Origin: Macrostomum lignano
Taxonomy: Eukaryota
Reading direction: 5' to 3'
Assembly: GCA_002269645.1 (NCBI GenBank)
Contig: NIVC01000197.1
Location: 558,001-622,000, forward strand
DNA length: 64,000 nt
Within the stretch, counting starts at the first letter, position 1. The number at the start of each line of letters is the position of its first letter. Shown here piece after piece: positions 12,280-24,200 of the stretch. The position numbers and the translations under genes were made by a program. Below the pieces are notes generated by a model, which saw nothing but the letters and a program-made list of their open reading frames with translations, had not been told where the DNA came from and did not search any database.

Positions 12280-12849
12280 GGGTGATTCCCAAAGTTACGC
12301 ATGTATGTCACTGAGTACAGGAAGTCCACTAGTTGGGTTAGCTGTAGGTGGCTACGCTCAAAGAACGAGCCCTTCCTGATGGACTCCTGAGCGCGGCAGT
12401 CCTTGCAGGCCCAGGCCCAGCCATCAACGTAACAGGGGCGTAGCTAGGAATTTCTCATAGGGGGGGGGATGCAAGGATATAAATGAGTAAAGCTGCTGCT
12501 ACTTGTACAGCTTGCTGGCCCAATGACAGTTCACAAGAAAATTAAGTGCTGTAAATCAAATATATAGGTGATAGGTAGCTATGAATGGCCAATCAAGTTT
12601 CTAATTCAATGAAAATATCACAATTTAGTGAAAAAATAGAAAAAATTCTTTCTACTGAATGCTTGAGTAAATGAAAATCGTTTTTTACTTGCTGCACTAG
12701 CATGCACTATGCTTTCCAATGTATCAATTTTGCTTTTCAACAATATTTTGCTTTCTAATCAATGTAGCACCAATATATTTTAGAGCTGTAGAGCAATATG
12801 TGAAATAAAAACAACAAACTGGCAGTCTGACATAGTAAAGAGTTCACAA

Positions 12850-13092
12850 TTACAAAAGTCCTTGACGATGTTGAAGCCGCATTTGGGGTGTTGTAGGGCA
12901 GTTGTCGTTGTGGCACTGGTGCTCATTGGGCAGTAGCCGGTACTTTGCTAGCTAGCACATCACAGATTGCGTGTCAGCAGTCAGGATAGCGAGGTCACGC
13001 ATCTTCATGAACGGAAGATCGCATAGATCAGTCGTTGGCCTGACCTCAGCCAGTGGGACAATCGTCGTCGGAGTAGATGGGCGACCCGCCAT
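12850..13092 (-). pseudogene. Merlin (ISXO2/IS1595-like) transposase N-terminal relic with an in-frame stop
   Basis: MAGRPSTPTTIVPLAE...DTQSVMC*LAKYRLLPNEHQCHNDNCPTTPQMRLQHRQG aligns with the N-terminus of the relic at 42837-43234, which carries Merlin C-terminal motifs. It includes the WL..Y.LL.N...C...C...M.L pattern. Confidence 0.6.
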
Positions 13093-13399
13093 GCTGAAAA
13101 AGGGGTAAAAAATAATATAAGACTCTGAAAATAATTAAACAAACAAAACTGAAGGATAGCCTGTTTTTTTCACTAGCATTTTATCACTTGGCCAACTATT
13201 TTGATATTAAAAATGCTTGAAAAAACTATGAAAACCTAGGTAGAAGCTTCAATCCATCCAATCTTTGCCTTCTACTCTTTCTGATCATACTGTTGATTAT
13301 ATGTTACTTATGCTCATTCTAGGCCTATTAAAACTTATTGACTAAAAGTTTAACTTAATTATTTATAAATCAATTCTATAAGACCCATTCTGTATAAAC

Positions 13400-15200
13400 T
13401 GATTGATAACTTTATTAATATCCAGCTTTATGTCCCTGTGAATTAGAAGCTAGGCCAATCCTATTAGTCACTCTTGTCTCATTGTAGAATGTGGGTACAA
13501 CTTCAGTAGACAAAGCTAACTAAATGACCATTTTGCTGTTGCAGTAGTGATGGGAATCATTGTTAAAACTTGTAGAAGCTAGATATTAGAGAAGCTCTGG
13601 AGTCTCACAGCTGAATTTGTTAATGTCTCAAGCACATGTCATAGTCAGTCCTTTAGATTGACATTCTGCCAGTGCTTTTTCTATAGCAAGAATTCAACTT
13701 TGATGTCATTCCACAAAGCTTAATATACATAATTATCTAATGTAAATTTCTATTGATTTCTTCATATTATCAAAAATTTTGTCAATAACACTGAGAAAGC
13801 AGTTGTGCTATCTAAAATGCAAGCTAGGCATATGAACTAAAGCATTCCTCAAGAGTAGCACTTATATTATCCAATGAATAGATTGTACATTGCTATGTGG
13901 CATTTATCACATGCTGTTTAGACATTGGGGTTGGCACAATGCTTCTATTGATACCTGGTATTGGTTCAAGGCTTTTGTAGTTGCTTGTCAAGTGCTTTCT
14001 TAGTAAAATCAAATATCTTATTATAATTAACATGGCCATCATCAGAGTAGAAATCTTGAAGGACATTAATGATAGCCTTAATTTAATTGACATAATCAAC
14101 AAGATTGAGATCTACACACTGCAATTTCTCTGATAATGGTTTTATGATAATGAGAACAGCATTGATAATGTGGCTTGCAATAACATATTTGCTGTCTATT
14201 AAATGTTTAAGGTTGTTTCGAGCATTGTTGCCTGCCTCTTCTCCCCATGTGCTGATCTCCTCTAGAGCTTCAATGATTGCTAAGAAGAGAAGGTTGAATC
14301 AGATAAAAGCCTCTTGTTTTTTAACCCATCTGGTCTTGCAATATTTTAGAAGTTGATGCACAAATGACTCCAGAACCAACTCTTAGATTTTTTCAAGCAA
14401 AGCTATTCTTTGTAGCAATGAGTAAATGAAGACTATGAGTCATGACTGTATTAACAGCAGTAATGGTAGCACAAACTGAATCTAGCTTACAAGTATCCTG
14501 GAAAGACAGGTTTAGATTATGTGTAGCACAGTGCAAATAGATTGCTAGTTTTTTCCCAGCTGCTTGCTAATCATTGCCTGAATGCCATTGAATCTATCAT
14601 AGCTTTGAGCAACAAGTTGTACTGTAATATGGAGAGAATTAGTATCTTGAGAAGCTTTGTTGCAAGTCGGATAATCAAAACTTCAACGTGAACAAAGCAT
14701 ATAAACTCTTTGTGAATAGCTACACTTCCATTGTTGATGTTGAGGTACCTAACACAGATGGACATCTATTCTTTGTGCAAGCAGCGCAAAGTAGTCTACT
14801 ACTAAAATCCAAAATTGCCAAATCTTGGGTGATAATATCAGAAAGAGCCCGAGTTATTTTATTCTGTGATTCACTAGAAGTTTATTTGGAATTTGATGGT
14901 CTAATACAAAGGTGTTCACATAGAACAAGATCATGTTTTGGGAGAAACTGCAGAAGTGCAATGAAGTTACCTTTGTTTTAAGTCAATAGTTCTATTTGAA
15001 TGAACTTTTATAAGCCCAACAGTCCCGATGTCCTTGAAAAGCCAGACCATAGCAAGTAAGAAATTCAATTGGTTCAATTACATATTTTAGTCTATTTATT
15101 TTCTTTTACCAGCTTTGTGCAACTGATATCCAGCATGTGGCCAACATTTGTTCCAGATAGCAGGATATTAGCTTTGATCACAGAGTCACTTCTGTGGTAG
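13400..15200 (-). mobile_element. Decayed hAT (Tip100/ZMYM1-like, DUF4371) transposase
   Basis: Minus-strand fragments in the expected order, broken by stops and frameshifts: IEFLTCYGLAFQGHR (~15040-15075), NKGNFIALLQFL (~14930-14960), KE*MSICVRY (~14750-14775), AIYLHCATHNLNL (CxxH motif, ~14510-14550), CKTRWVKK (~14325), KPLSEKLQCVDL (~14110-14145). Termini not identified. Confidence 0.85.
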
Positions 15201-15220
15201 TTACATACTGTGGTAGGCAT

Positions 15221-15862
15221 GATACTGTGCATCTTCAGGTTTATTTTTGAGCAAAAGAAACAAGTGAGATCGGCAGTAAATAAATACAAAATTTTGGGTG
15301 TAAATTCAATCAATATTTGAAGTACATGCTTGTTGGTCCAAAAGTTGAGAGGCAAAGTCCAGGGACAGAATGATAGCAATATAGTTAGAAGTATATAATG
15401 TATGAGTGCCTTTTAGTCTTCCCCATGTACCTGCATACTAGAATCAGAGAGCATTGGCTAAAACTGTTGGCTATCCAAAACCATCTCTTAGAGTATAATA
15501 GTTGCTCCAATTGCAAACCCAAAGAGCACTTCAAAGTCATTGATCAATGCTCATTTGACACCAAACTCCAGATACTTGAAGTGCTGTACATTAGAGCACA
15601 TTCCCCAACCTCAACACTCAATTCCAACACAGTGGTGTGGGACATGTTCTCCATGTGTTCTGAGGGAGGGGGCACTGGATGTACATTATATACTTCTAAC
15701 TATATCGCTATCATTCTATCCTTGGACTTTTCCTCTCAACTTTTGGACCAACAAACATGTACTTCAAATATTGATTGAATTTGCACCCAAATTTTTTTAT
15801 TTATTTACTGCCAATCTCACTCACTTCTTTTGCTCAAAAATAAACCTAAAGATGCACAGTAT
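15221..15862 (+). mobile_element. Penelope-like element 3' fragment (GIY-YIG endonuclease C-terminal part) flanked by a ~190-bp inverted duplication
   Basis: ORF 15398..15778 has LHTRIREH...AIQNHL...C....HFKVID...FDTKLQILEVLYIRAHSP..LN, the typical C-terminal half of the Penelope GIY-YIG domain. Region 15221-15410 is an inverted copy of about 15670-15862; both translate as WT(L/F)PLNFWTNKHVLQILIEF...KINLKMHSI. Confidence 0.7.
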
Positions 15863-16419
15863 TGTGCAAAATGCGTTGATCAATTAAATTAATATAATGT
15901 TGATTTTTGTCTTCCTATTCATCTTACTTGCCAAGCGAGCAACTTTACCTGAATATTACTAAAGTAGCTTTTACCACAGTGGACTATTACCTTGCTAAGT
16001 CTAATAGACAAACAATTTTTGTGATAGAAAAATACTGAAGTGAATTAAGACAAAGTAGCAATACTTTATTTTTACTTTTATACATTTAATCATTTTCCTA
16101 ATAAATTAAAATTCAAATTGGTACAAAATTATATGGCTTAAAAGATTTGTCTCTAGCACAAAGTTTGACTATCAGTTAGATGAGTAGACTTAGTAGTCAA
16201 TCAGGGGAGGGGGATAGATGTGGGGCAGATTCAGCTTTGACTTAGTATAGCTAGCTATTATCTTGCATAACTTGGAATCTATTTGTTCAATAGCTGCAAA
16301 CATCAACTAGTCAGGTCTTTGTCATACCAAAGATATTAGCACAAGCTAGAATGCAAGGTGTAACCAAAGAGTAATAGGAATTTAGCTACAAAAACTTTCA
16401 GATTGATAAAATGCAAATT

Positions 16420-16700
16420 TAGTCAACTGCAGCCTTCAAAGTAGTTGCTGCCACTTTCAACATATCACCTCAATTGTTGTTGCCAGCTCCTGATGCAGCT
16501 TTGGAAGTCCTTCATGATGCCCCTCGGCACCCTTATCACACTCCCTGATGGCATCTAAGTCTTCAAATCTGGATTCTTTGAGGACCTACTTCACCTTGGC
16601 AAAGGGCCAAAAATCATGGCATTATATCTGGTAAATAAGGTGTGTGGCTCAACTCTGTGACCTGTCTTTAGATTGAGCTAGTAGTTGTGTCTAGTTGTCT
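16420..16700 (-). mobile_element. Mariner transposase 3' fragment, decayed
   Basis: Minus strand reads DFWPFAKVK*VLKESRFEDLDAIR...KDFQSCIRSW...SNYFEG, matching the mariner C-terminus (DF.LF.KLK..LKG.RF ... G.YFE). Confidence 0.6.
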
Positions 16701-17100
16701 CTTGGATTGCCAAATGAATTTTACAAGAAGATATATACTCAAGGCATCAAGGAAAAGTCTGGAGAAAGTCAAGGCTGTCACACCCATAATTCACAATGTA
16801 AGTCACACCTGACACATCTGAATGCATGCCTGCATGCAGTAATCAATGTGTTATTAGTAAACTAAAACTTAAATGTTCTTCATTTCCAAAGTTCCTAAAG
16901 TGAGACTAAACTCATAAAAAAGATGGGGAGGGGCAAAATGCGTGTTGCAAAGGTAAAAATTAGGCAACTCAACTGAAGGTGCAACTTGCAATTGCTTTTT
17001 ATATATACCTCTTCTGGCTTAATCTAAGCTCAAACTTAGGCAATCTGAAATAATATGTTTTAACAAAGGTTGCTATTTACTCTTCTTTGTTTCTCAGAAG

Positions 17101-17380
17101 GGTTTGTAGCCTAGTTCCACCAGTGATTTTTAGAGTATCGAACTCACAACTTGAAGGTCAGGGATTCGATTCCCAACCCACTTGGAACAGTTTGTTTCCT
17201 TGAGCAAGACACTTAACTCTGCATTGCTTTAGTTTACCCAGCTGTAAAATGGGTGCCAGCATTAGCTGGGGTAATTGAAGGTGTCGGGTGTATGTGTATG
17301 TGGCAATCCCCCCTCCAGTCCTTGGACTGAACAGCTGCACGCAGCCTTCAAATGTGGCTGGGCTGCCGGTTTAACATTTA
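17101..17380 (+). mobile_element. tRNA-derived SINE with a CORE-like central domain, copy 1
   Basis: tRNA-like head with a B-box-like GATTCGATTCC. Body CCTTGAGCAAGACACTTAACTCT...CAGTTTACCCAGCTGTAAAATGGG resembles the MIR/CORE consensus (CCTTGGGCAAGTCACTTAAC...CATCTGTAAAATGGG). Two more copies occur in the window. Confidence 0.85.
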
Positions 17381-17424
17381 TTTTTTTTTTGTTGTTAAAG
17401 AAGAGGAAGCACTGATAGTAAAAT

Positions 17425-19143
17425 ATGGCTATCGCTAATAGCTATAGCTACTCAAAACCGGTTAGAAGGGTTCAATACTTGCGAGTGACTTGTTAACTTT
17501 GCGGTACGGTCTAACTTCCAGCCGTGCACTCGTCCAATCCGCGGCCCGGCGGACGCCCTAGCGCGCGGCTTCTCGCGACCGTTTTCTCTGTTCCGCTGCT
17601 GGCAGCGGGACGCCATCCGGTCGGGCCTGTGCGGCCAGGCCAACACCATGGTCCTGGCCAGCGCCTGCGCTAAAACCCTGAAACCTTCGCAGCGGCCAAT
17701 GCAACTGGCTGACGCCAACGAGGACGCTTTTCTATTTTTATCTAGCGAGTGCAGTCGGAAGGGCTGCCAGATCGCTCAGAACAATCGAGTGTCACTTTTC
17801 TTTGATTGGCTGGCCCAAGGCCGTCACGTGACTGTCGAAGGTGAAGTGGCGATTGTAAGGTAAATATTGTTACAGGATTCACGGACCCCGGTTTTTCGGC
17901 TAATCACTGTTTTTTACAATTCTTTTGTTATTTTTTAATTCCGTCACGACAAGAGATCTTCAAGAATATGAATTTAAGTTTCTAAAAAACTCGCAGGATT
18001 TCGTGTGAGTATATAAAAATAGCCAAAAATAGTTTCTAAAAATAGCCACGGGATTCCGTGTCAGTATATATTTTCTAAAAATAGCCACGGGATTCCGTGT
18101 CAGTATATATTTTCTAAAAATAGCCACGGGATTCCGTGTCAGTATAGTTTTTAAAAATTGCCACGGGATTCCGTGTCAGTATAGTTTTTAAAAATTGCCA
18201 CGGGATTCCGTGTCAGTATAGTTTTTAAAAATACCCACGAGATTCCGTGTCAGTATAGTTTTTAAAAATTGCCACGGGATTCCGTGTCAGTATAGTTTTT
18301 AAAAATTGCCACGGGATTCCGTGTCAGTATATAGTTTCTAAAATAGCCACGATATTCCGTGTCAGTATAGTTTTTAAAAATAACCACGTGATTTCTGTGG
18401 TGTCTCGATAGACTAACACAGGAAAAACAAACGAGTACTTAAGCAGGTAAGAATTTTGCCGGAAAACCAGAACAAGAGCTCCCTTAGGACAACCCACGCT
18501 TATATTTGACATCCAACAATAAATTATTACACGATTAATAAATTAGAAACCCCAAAATGTCACGTGATTCCAAAATACATTATACGAATGATTTATAAAC
18601 TGCACTACTTTAAGTAGAGTAGTAAGAAAAAATACCCCTATTAGTTAGTCAGAAAAACGGCCCTTTTACGGGCTCCTTGCCACGACACAACAATTTCGTG
18701 TCAGTATGGTTTCTTAAAAGGCTTAGTAATTCGGTACCATTTACAGTGAATTTGGTGCACATTTTTCATCAACTCCTCCCTCTGGCAGAGACAAGCAGCA
18801 AATCTGTCGCTACTTCAGCCAAACATTCACCCCGGATCTGTGCCGCTACTTCTACGCCATAGACAGCAACCAGAGCCTGGCCATAGATGACGAGTTCAAA
18901 GAACAGTTCCAACAGGAGGTTGACGCTCTGATCAGGGGCGGCGACAGTAAAGGCCCGCCGCCGCCGCCTCCTTCAATGGTGCTGTTTTGCGTTGAAGCCA
19001 CCGGCTACGAATTCTGTGAGAATTCCAATGAGATTGGCAACGTGCGCCTGGTTTATTCGCGCTGTACCGAGGACTCGCAGGTTGACAATCGGTTCACATT
19101 CAGCGAGTGTCCCGACTGGGTGGTGGAGCAGATTGCTCAGTAG
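17425..19143 (+). CDS. PNPO: Pyridoxine/pyridoxamine 5'-phosphate oxidase-like protein, strongly diverged, 242 aa: join(17425..17460,17522..17859,18789..19143)
   Basis: Spliced protein PFSLFRCW...ANTMVLASA...KPSQR...FLFLSSECSRKGCQIAQNNRVSLFFDWLAQGRHVTVEGEV...YF...NQS...EF...R...DWVVEQIAQ* is colinear with the PNPO fold. Splice phases are consistent (total 729 nt). The first small exon is the least certain part. Confidence 0.8.
18020..18390. repeat. Intronic minisatellite, ~37-38 bp unit with a CACGG-GATT-CCGTG hairpin core
   Basis: Tandem units inside intron 2 of the PNPO-like gene. Confidence 0.9.
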
Positions 19144-19262
19144 TGGATCTGTGCTGCGAAATATTTCACTCCTTTTTACAATTGTTAGAACTGCCTGAAG
19201 TACTCGTACCTTGCGTTGTTAATAACTTCACTTATTTTCAGCCATATTTCCAAATGCTCAGA

Positions 19263-20062
19263 TGCGCCATCCTCTCCCAGATCCTCAGAGTGAGGCGCCA
19301 TCCTCTCCCAGATCCTCAGAGTGAGGCGCCATCCTCTCCCAGATCCTCAGAGTGAGGCGCCACTCTCCCAGATCCTCAGAGTGAGGCGCCATCCTCTCCC
19401 AGATCCTCAGAGTGAGGCGCCATCCTCTCCCAGTTCCTCAGAGTGAGGCGCCATCCTCTCCCAGATCCTCAGAGTGAGGCGCCACTCCCTCCCAAATCCT
19501 CAGAGTGAGGCGCCACTCTCTCCCAGATCCTCAGGGCGCCCTCCTCTCCCAGATCCTCAGGGCGCCATCCTCTCCCAGTTCCTCAGGGCGCCATCCTCTC
19601 CCAGTTCCTCAGACTGGACCGCCATCCTCTCCCAGATCCTCAGACTGGACCGCCATCCTCTCCCAGATCCTCAGGCTGGACCGCCATCCTCTCCCAGATC
19701 CTCAGACTGGACCGCCATCCTCTCCCAGATCCTCAGACTGGACCGCCATCCTCTCCCAGATCCTCAGACTGGACCGCCATCCTCTCCCAGATCCTCAGAC
19801 TGGACCGCCATCCTCTCCCAGATCCTCAGACTGGACCGCCATCCTCTCCCAGATCCTCAGACTGGACCGCCATCCTCTCCCAGATCCTCAGACTGGACCG
19901 CCATCCTCTCCCAGATCCTCAGACTGGACCGCCATCCTCTCCCAGATCCTCAGACTGGACCGCCATCCTCTCCCAGATCCTCAGACTGGACCGCCATCCT
20001 CTCCCAGATCCGCAGACTGGACCGCCATCCTCTCCCAGATCCTCAGACTGGACCGCCATCCT
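19263..20062. repeat. Minisatellite, 31-bp unit (GACCGCCATCCTCTCCCAGATCCTCAGACTG), downstream of the PNPO-like stop
   Basis: Direct reading. The 31-aa periodicity of ORFs 19474..20190 and 19505..20128 equals three 31-bp units. Confidence 0.95.
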
Positions 20063-20517
20063 CAGTATTTATCAATTCAAATATCGGTGTTAGCGCCTGT
20101 ACTGGCAATATGTGCTTTAATTTTTTAATTTCTACATTTATCATTTATTCAATAATCGAACAATTTACAATTTTTACATGCTTCAAGTGATGCTTTTGAA
20201 AACCATTAAATGCAGGTTCTTATTTAGATATTTTTGTAATTAGCTCTTTTTCTCTAGGTGCACTCAGTGCGTGGCAGCAATTTTTCATTTCAATAATCTT
20301 CCTCCATTTTTTTATTCAAAATATTGTGTAGAACTATTTTTTTTAAATTACTTTAACTTTTGTAAGTGTTTTATTGCTTTGCAAGTACACCTTGATAGAG
20401 TCCAGTCTTTTGTTTACAGTATTTGTTTGCACTCGGTATCTGCGACTTCAGCGAACTTCTTTACTTGTGTTTTAAGTATTCGATTGAGTTAATTTCCTAA
20501 TTTTCATCTACTGTGTG

Positions 20518-21090
20518 CCCCCTACAGTCATTAGAGTGCTGTAGGGGCTGCCTGCTACAGCCAATAGAGTGCTGTAGGGGCTGCTACAGTCAACAGGGTG
20601 CTGTAGGGGCTGCTACAGCCAATAGAGTGCTGTAGGGGCTGCTACAGTCAATAGAGTGCTGTAGGGGCTGCTACAGTCAACAGGGTGCTGTAGGGGCTGC
20701 TACAGCCAATAGAGTGCTGTAGGGGCTGCTACAGTCAATAGAGTGCTGTAGGGGCTGCTACAGTCAATAGAGTGCTGTAGGGGCTGCTACAGTCAACAGG
20801 GTGCTGTAGGGGCTGCTACAGCCAATAGAGTGCTGTAGGGGCTGCTACAGTCAATAGAGTGCTGTAGGGGCTGCTACAGTCAATAGAGTGCTGTAGGGGC
20901 TGCTACAGTCAACAGGGTGCTGTAGGGGCTGCTACAGCCAATAGAGTGCTGTAGGGGCTGCTACAGTCAATAGAGTGCTGTAGGGGCTGCTACAGTCAAT
21001 AGAGTGCTGTAGGGGCTGCTACAGTCAACAGGGTGCTGTAGGGGCTGCTACAGCCAATAGAGTGCTGTAGGGGCTGCTACAGCCAATAGT
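20518..21090. repeat. Minisatellite, 29-bp self-complementary unit (CTACAG-TCAATAGAGTG-CTGTAG-GGGCTG), upstream of METTL17
   Basis: Tandem units, each containing the inverted pair CTACAG/CTGTAG. Confidence 0.95.
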
Positions 21091-21241
21091 GCTGTCAAGC
21101 AACAGCCCCATAATGAAACAACTGTCACCTTTGCTAATTGCAGCGCAGTTAATTATGCTGTCTACCGTTAGCCAGTTGCTGGGTGGTAGCAACTAAGCCA
21201 ATCAATACTTACTCGAAACTGTAGCGGCCAGTGCAGCGGTC

Positions 21242-24200
21242 ATGATCCCCGGGGTTACCAGGCCGCTGCGCCTTCGAGCCGACGAGTCCATTCGCTCGGT
21301 TGCCGATCGATTTTTCACCCGACGCCGCAGAGGCGAGCAGCAGCCGCCGGAGCCGACGCTGCGCGATTTTCTTCGCCGTCATCCGGCCGCCGCGTCGCTG
21401 CCGCCGATACGCCTGCCGCTGCGGCTCGATCGGGCCGCCGTGCTTGCGCTGAAGTCCGTGCCTGAGAGCCCCGCTAATTTAGAGGCTCAGGCTGCGGTAC
21501 TCTGCAGGTTAGTCTGCTTTGCTTTGCGCTTTTATGAGTGTTTTTGGGCTAGGGTCATGGGAACCCGTCCTAGGGTCATGGAAAACTGTCTCTAGGGTCA
21601 TGGGAACCTGTCCTAGGGTCATGGAAACCTGTCTCTAGGGTAATGGAAACCTGTCTCTAGGGTCATGACAACCTGTCTCTAGGGTCATGGAAACTTGTCT
21701 CTTGGGTCATGGGAACCTGTCCTAGGGTCATGGAAACCTGTCTCTAGGGTCATGGGAACCTGTCCCAGGGTTATGGAAACCTGTCTCTAGGGTAATGGAA
21801 ACCTGTCTCTAGGGTCATGGAAACTTGTCTCTTGGGTCATGGGAACCTGTCCTAGGGTCATGGAAACCTGTCTCTAGGGTCATGGGAACCTGTCCCAGGG
21901 TCATGGGAACCTGTCCCAGGGTCATGGAAACCTGTCTCTAGGGTCATGAAAACTTGTCTCTTGGGTCATGGGAACCTGTCCTAGGGTCATGGAAACCTGT
22001 CTCTAGGGTCATGGCAACATGTCCCAGGGTTATGGAAACCTGTCTCTAGGGTAATGGAAACCTGTCTCTAGGGTCATGACAACCTGTCTCTAGGGTCATG
22101 GAAACTTGTCTCTTGGGTCATGGGAACCTGTCCTGGGGTCATGGAAACCTGTCTCTAGGGTCATGGGAACCTGTCCCAGGGTCATGGAAACCTGTCTCTA
22201 GGGTCATGAAAACTTGTCTCTAGGGTCATGACAACCTGTCTCTAGGGTCAGACAACCTGTCTCTAGGGTCATGGAAACCTGTCTCTAGGGTGTTTGGAAC
22301 CTGTCTAGGGTAGTCTAGGTAAGGGCAACCTATATTTAGTGTCAGGGTTCTAGGTTTGAACCAGTCTCTAGGGTTGAAAACAGAAATAATTGTAGAAATC
22401 TATAAATCTGCAAAACCCGCAACGTAGTCGCTGGATGCTAGACGCTCCGCTGAAGGATCGGTACACCTACAAGAAAGAAGTTCTGCGCCGGTTAGAACAA
22501 CGCGACGCGAAGAAGTTAGAAGAGATGGCGGAAGCAGGCGCCCCGGAAGAGGAACAGGCAATGGAAGCTGCCAGGCAGAAGGCTGAACGACTCCAGGTAG
22601 GACATCGGCTGGAAGGGACCCTTACAACCCCCAATCCTAAGTGTCAGCCGCTACCCTCCCCCAATCCTAAGTGTCAGCCGCTACCCTCCCCCGATCCTAA
22701 GTGTCAGCCGCTACCCTCCCCCAATCCTAAGTGTCAGCCGCTACCCTCCCCCAATCCTAAGTGTCAGCCGCTACCCTCCCCCAATCCTAAGTGTCAGCCG
22801 CTACCCTCCCCCAATCCTAAGTGTCAGCCGCTACCCTCCCCCAATGCTACGTATCAGCCGCTACCCTCCCGCAATCCAAGTGTCAGCCGCTACCCTCCCC
22901 CAATCCTAAGTGTCAGCCGCTACCCTCCCCCAATCCTAAGTGTCAGCCGCTACCCTCCCCCAATCCTAAGTGTCAGCCGCTACCCTCCCCAATGCTACGT
23001 ATCAGCCGCTACCCTCCCGCAATCCAAGTGTCAGCCGCTACCCCACACCGCCAGCTGACGCCACTAGTGAAGCGGTACGCAGCCGCAGACAGCCGGCACA
23101 CATTCAGTAATCGCAACTGCATCCTGTACATGGTAGCCCGACTGGCTCCCAACTACTCTGCTGGAGTCCGAGTGCTGTACCAGCTGCGCAAACGCTGGCC
23201 GGAATTCCGGCCCAGAACCCTGTTCGACTACGGCTCGGGCGTTGGGACCTCGGCCTGGGCTGCCAATACGGTTTGGCCGGGCCTGCTGCGCGAGCATTTC
23301 ATGGTGGATCCGTGCTCCAGCATGAACTCGCTGGCCGGACTGCTTATGCAGGTTGTTGTTTATTCATTCTGTTATTAAACGTCTGCTGTATTTGCCTGCT
23401 TTGATTATAAAAGTAGAAAAATCCTGCTTTATACGCTTGTGCTACTCATTTATACAGTACTATATATCAGACTTATTTGAGGGTAATAAAGCAGAGGATT
23501 AGGGTTTAAGCTACATGGCTTAGGGTTTAATCTGTGTGGATTAGGGTTTAATCTGTGTGGATTAGGGTTTAATCTGTATGGATTAGGGTTTAATTTACAT
23601 GGATTAGGGTTTAATCTACATGGATTTGGGTTTAATCTGTATATATTAGGGTTTAATCTGTATAGATTAGGGTTTAATTTACATGGATTAGGGTTTAATC
23701 TACATGGATTAGGGTTTAATCTACATGGATTAGGGTTTAATCTACATGGATTTGGGTTTAATCTACATGGATTTGGGTTTAATCTACATGGATTTGGGTT
23801 TAATCTACATGGATTTGGGTTTAATCTACATGGATTTGGGTTTAATTTACATGGATTAGGGTTTAATCTACATGAATTAGGGTTTAATCTACATGGATTT
23901 GGGGGTTTAATCTGTATATATTAGGGTTCAATCTACATGGATTAGGGTTTAATCTACATGGATTAGGGTTTAATCTACATGGATTAGGGTTTAATCTACA
24001 TGGATTAGGGTTTAATCTACATGTATTAAGGTTTAATCTACATGGATTTGGGTTTAATCTACATGGATTTGGGTCCAAGCTGCGTGGATTTCAAGCTCAA
24101 GACATCAAACAGACAGCTTAAACGTTTAAGCTGCATTGGTTAGAGTTTAAAATATACAAATCAACACCCTAAGAACCCAGCACCACTACTAAACAATTAT

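Noticed and set aside
12020-12470. Two CAGGGGC(A/G)TAGC motifs resembling hAT MITE termini
   Set aside because: Both are in the same orientation and no matching inverted end or TSD was found.
19474-20190. ORFs of 238 and 207 aa
   Set aside because: Translations of the 31-bp minisatellite.
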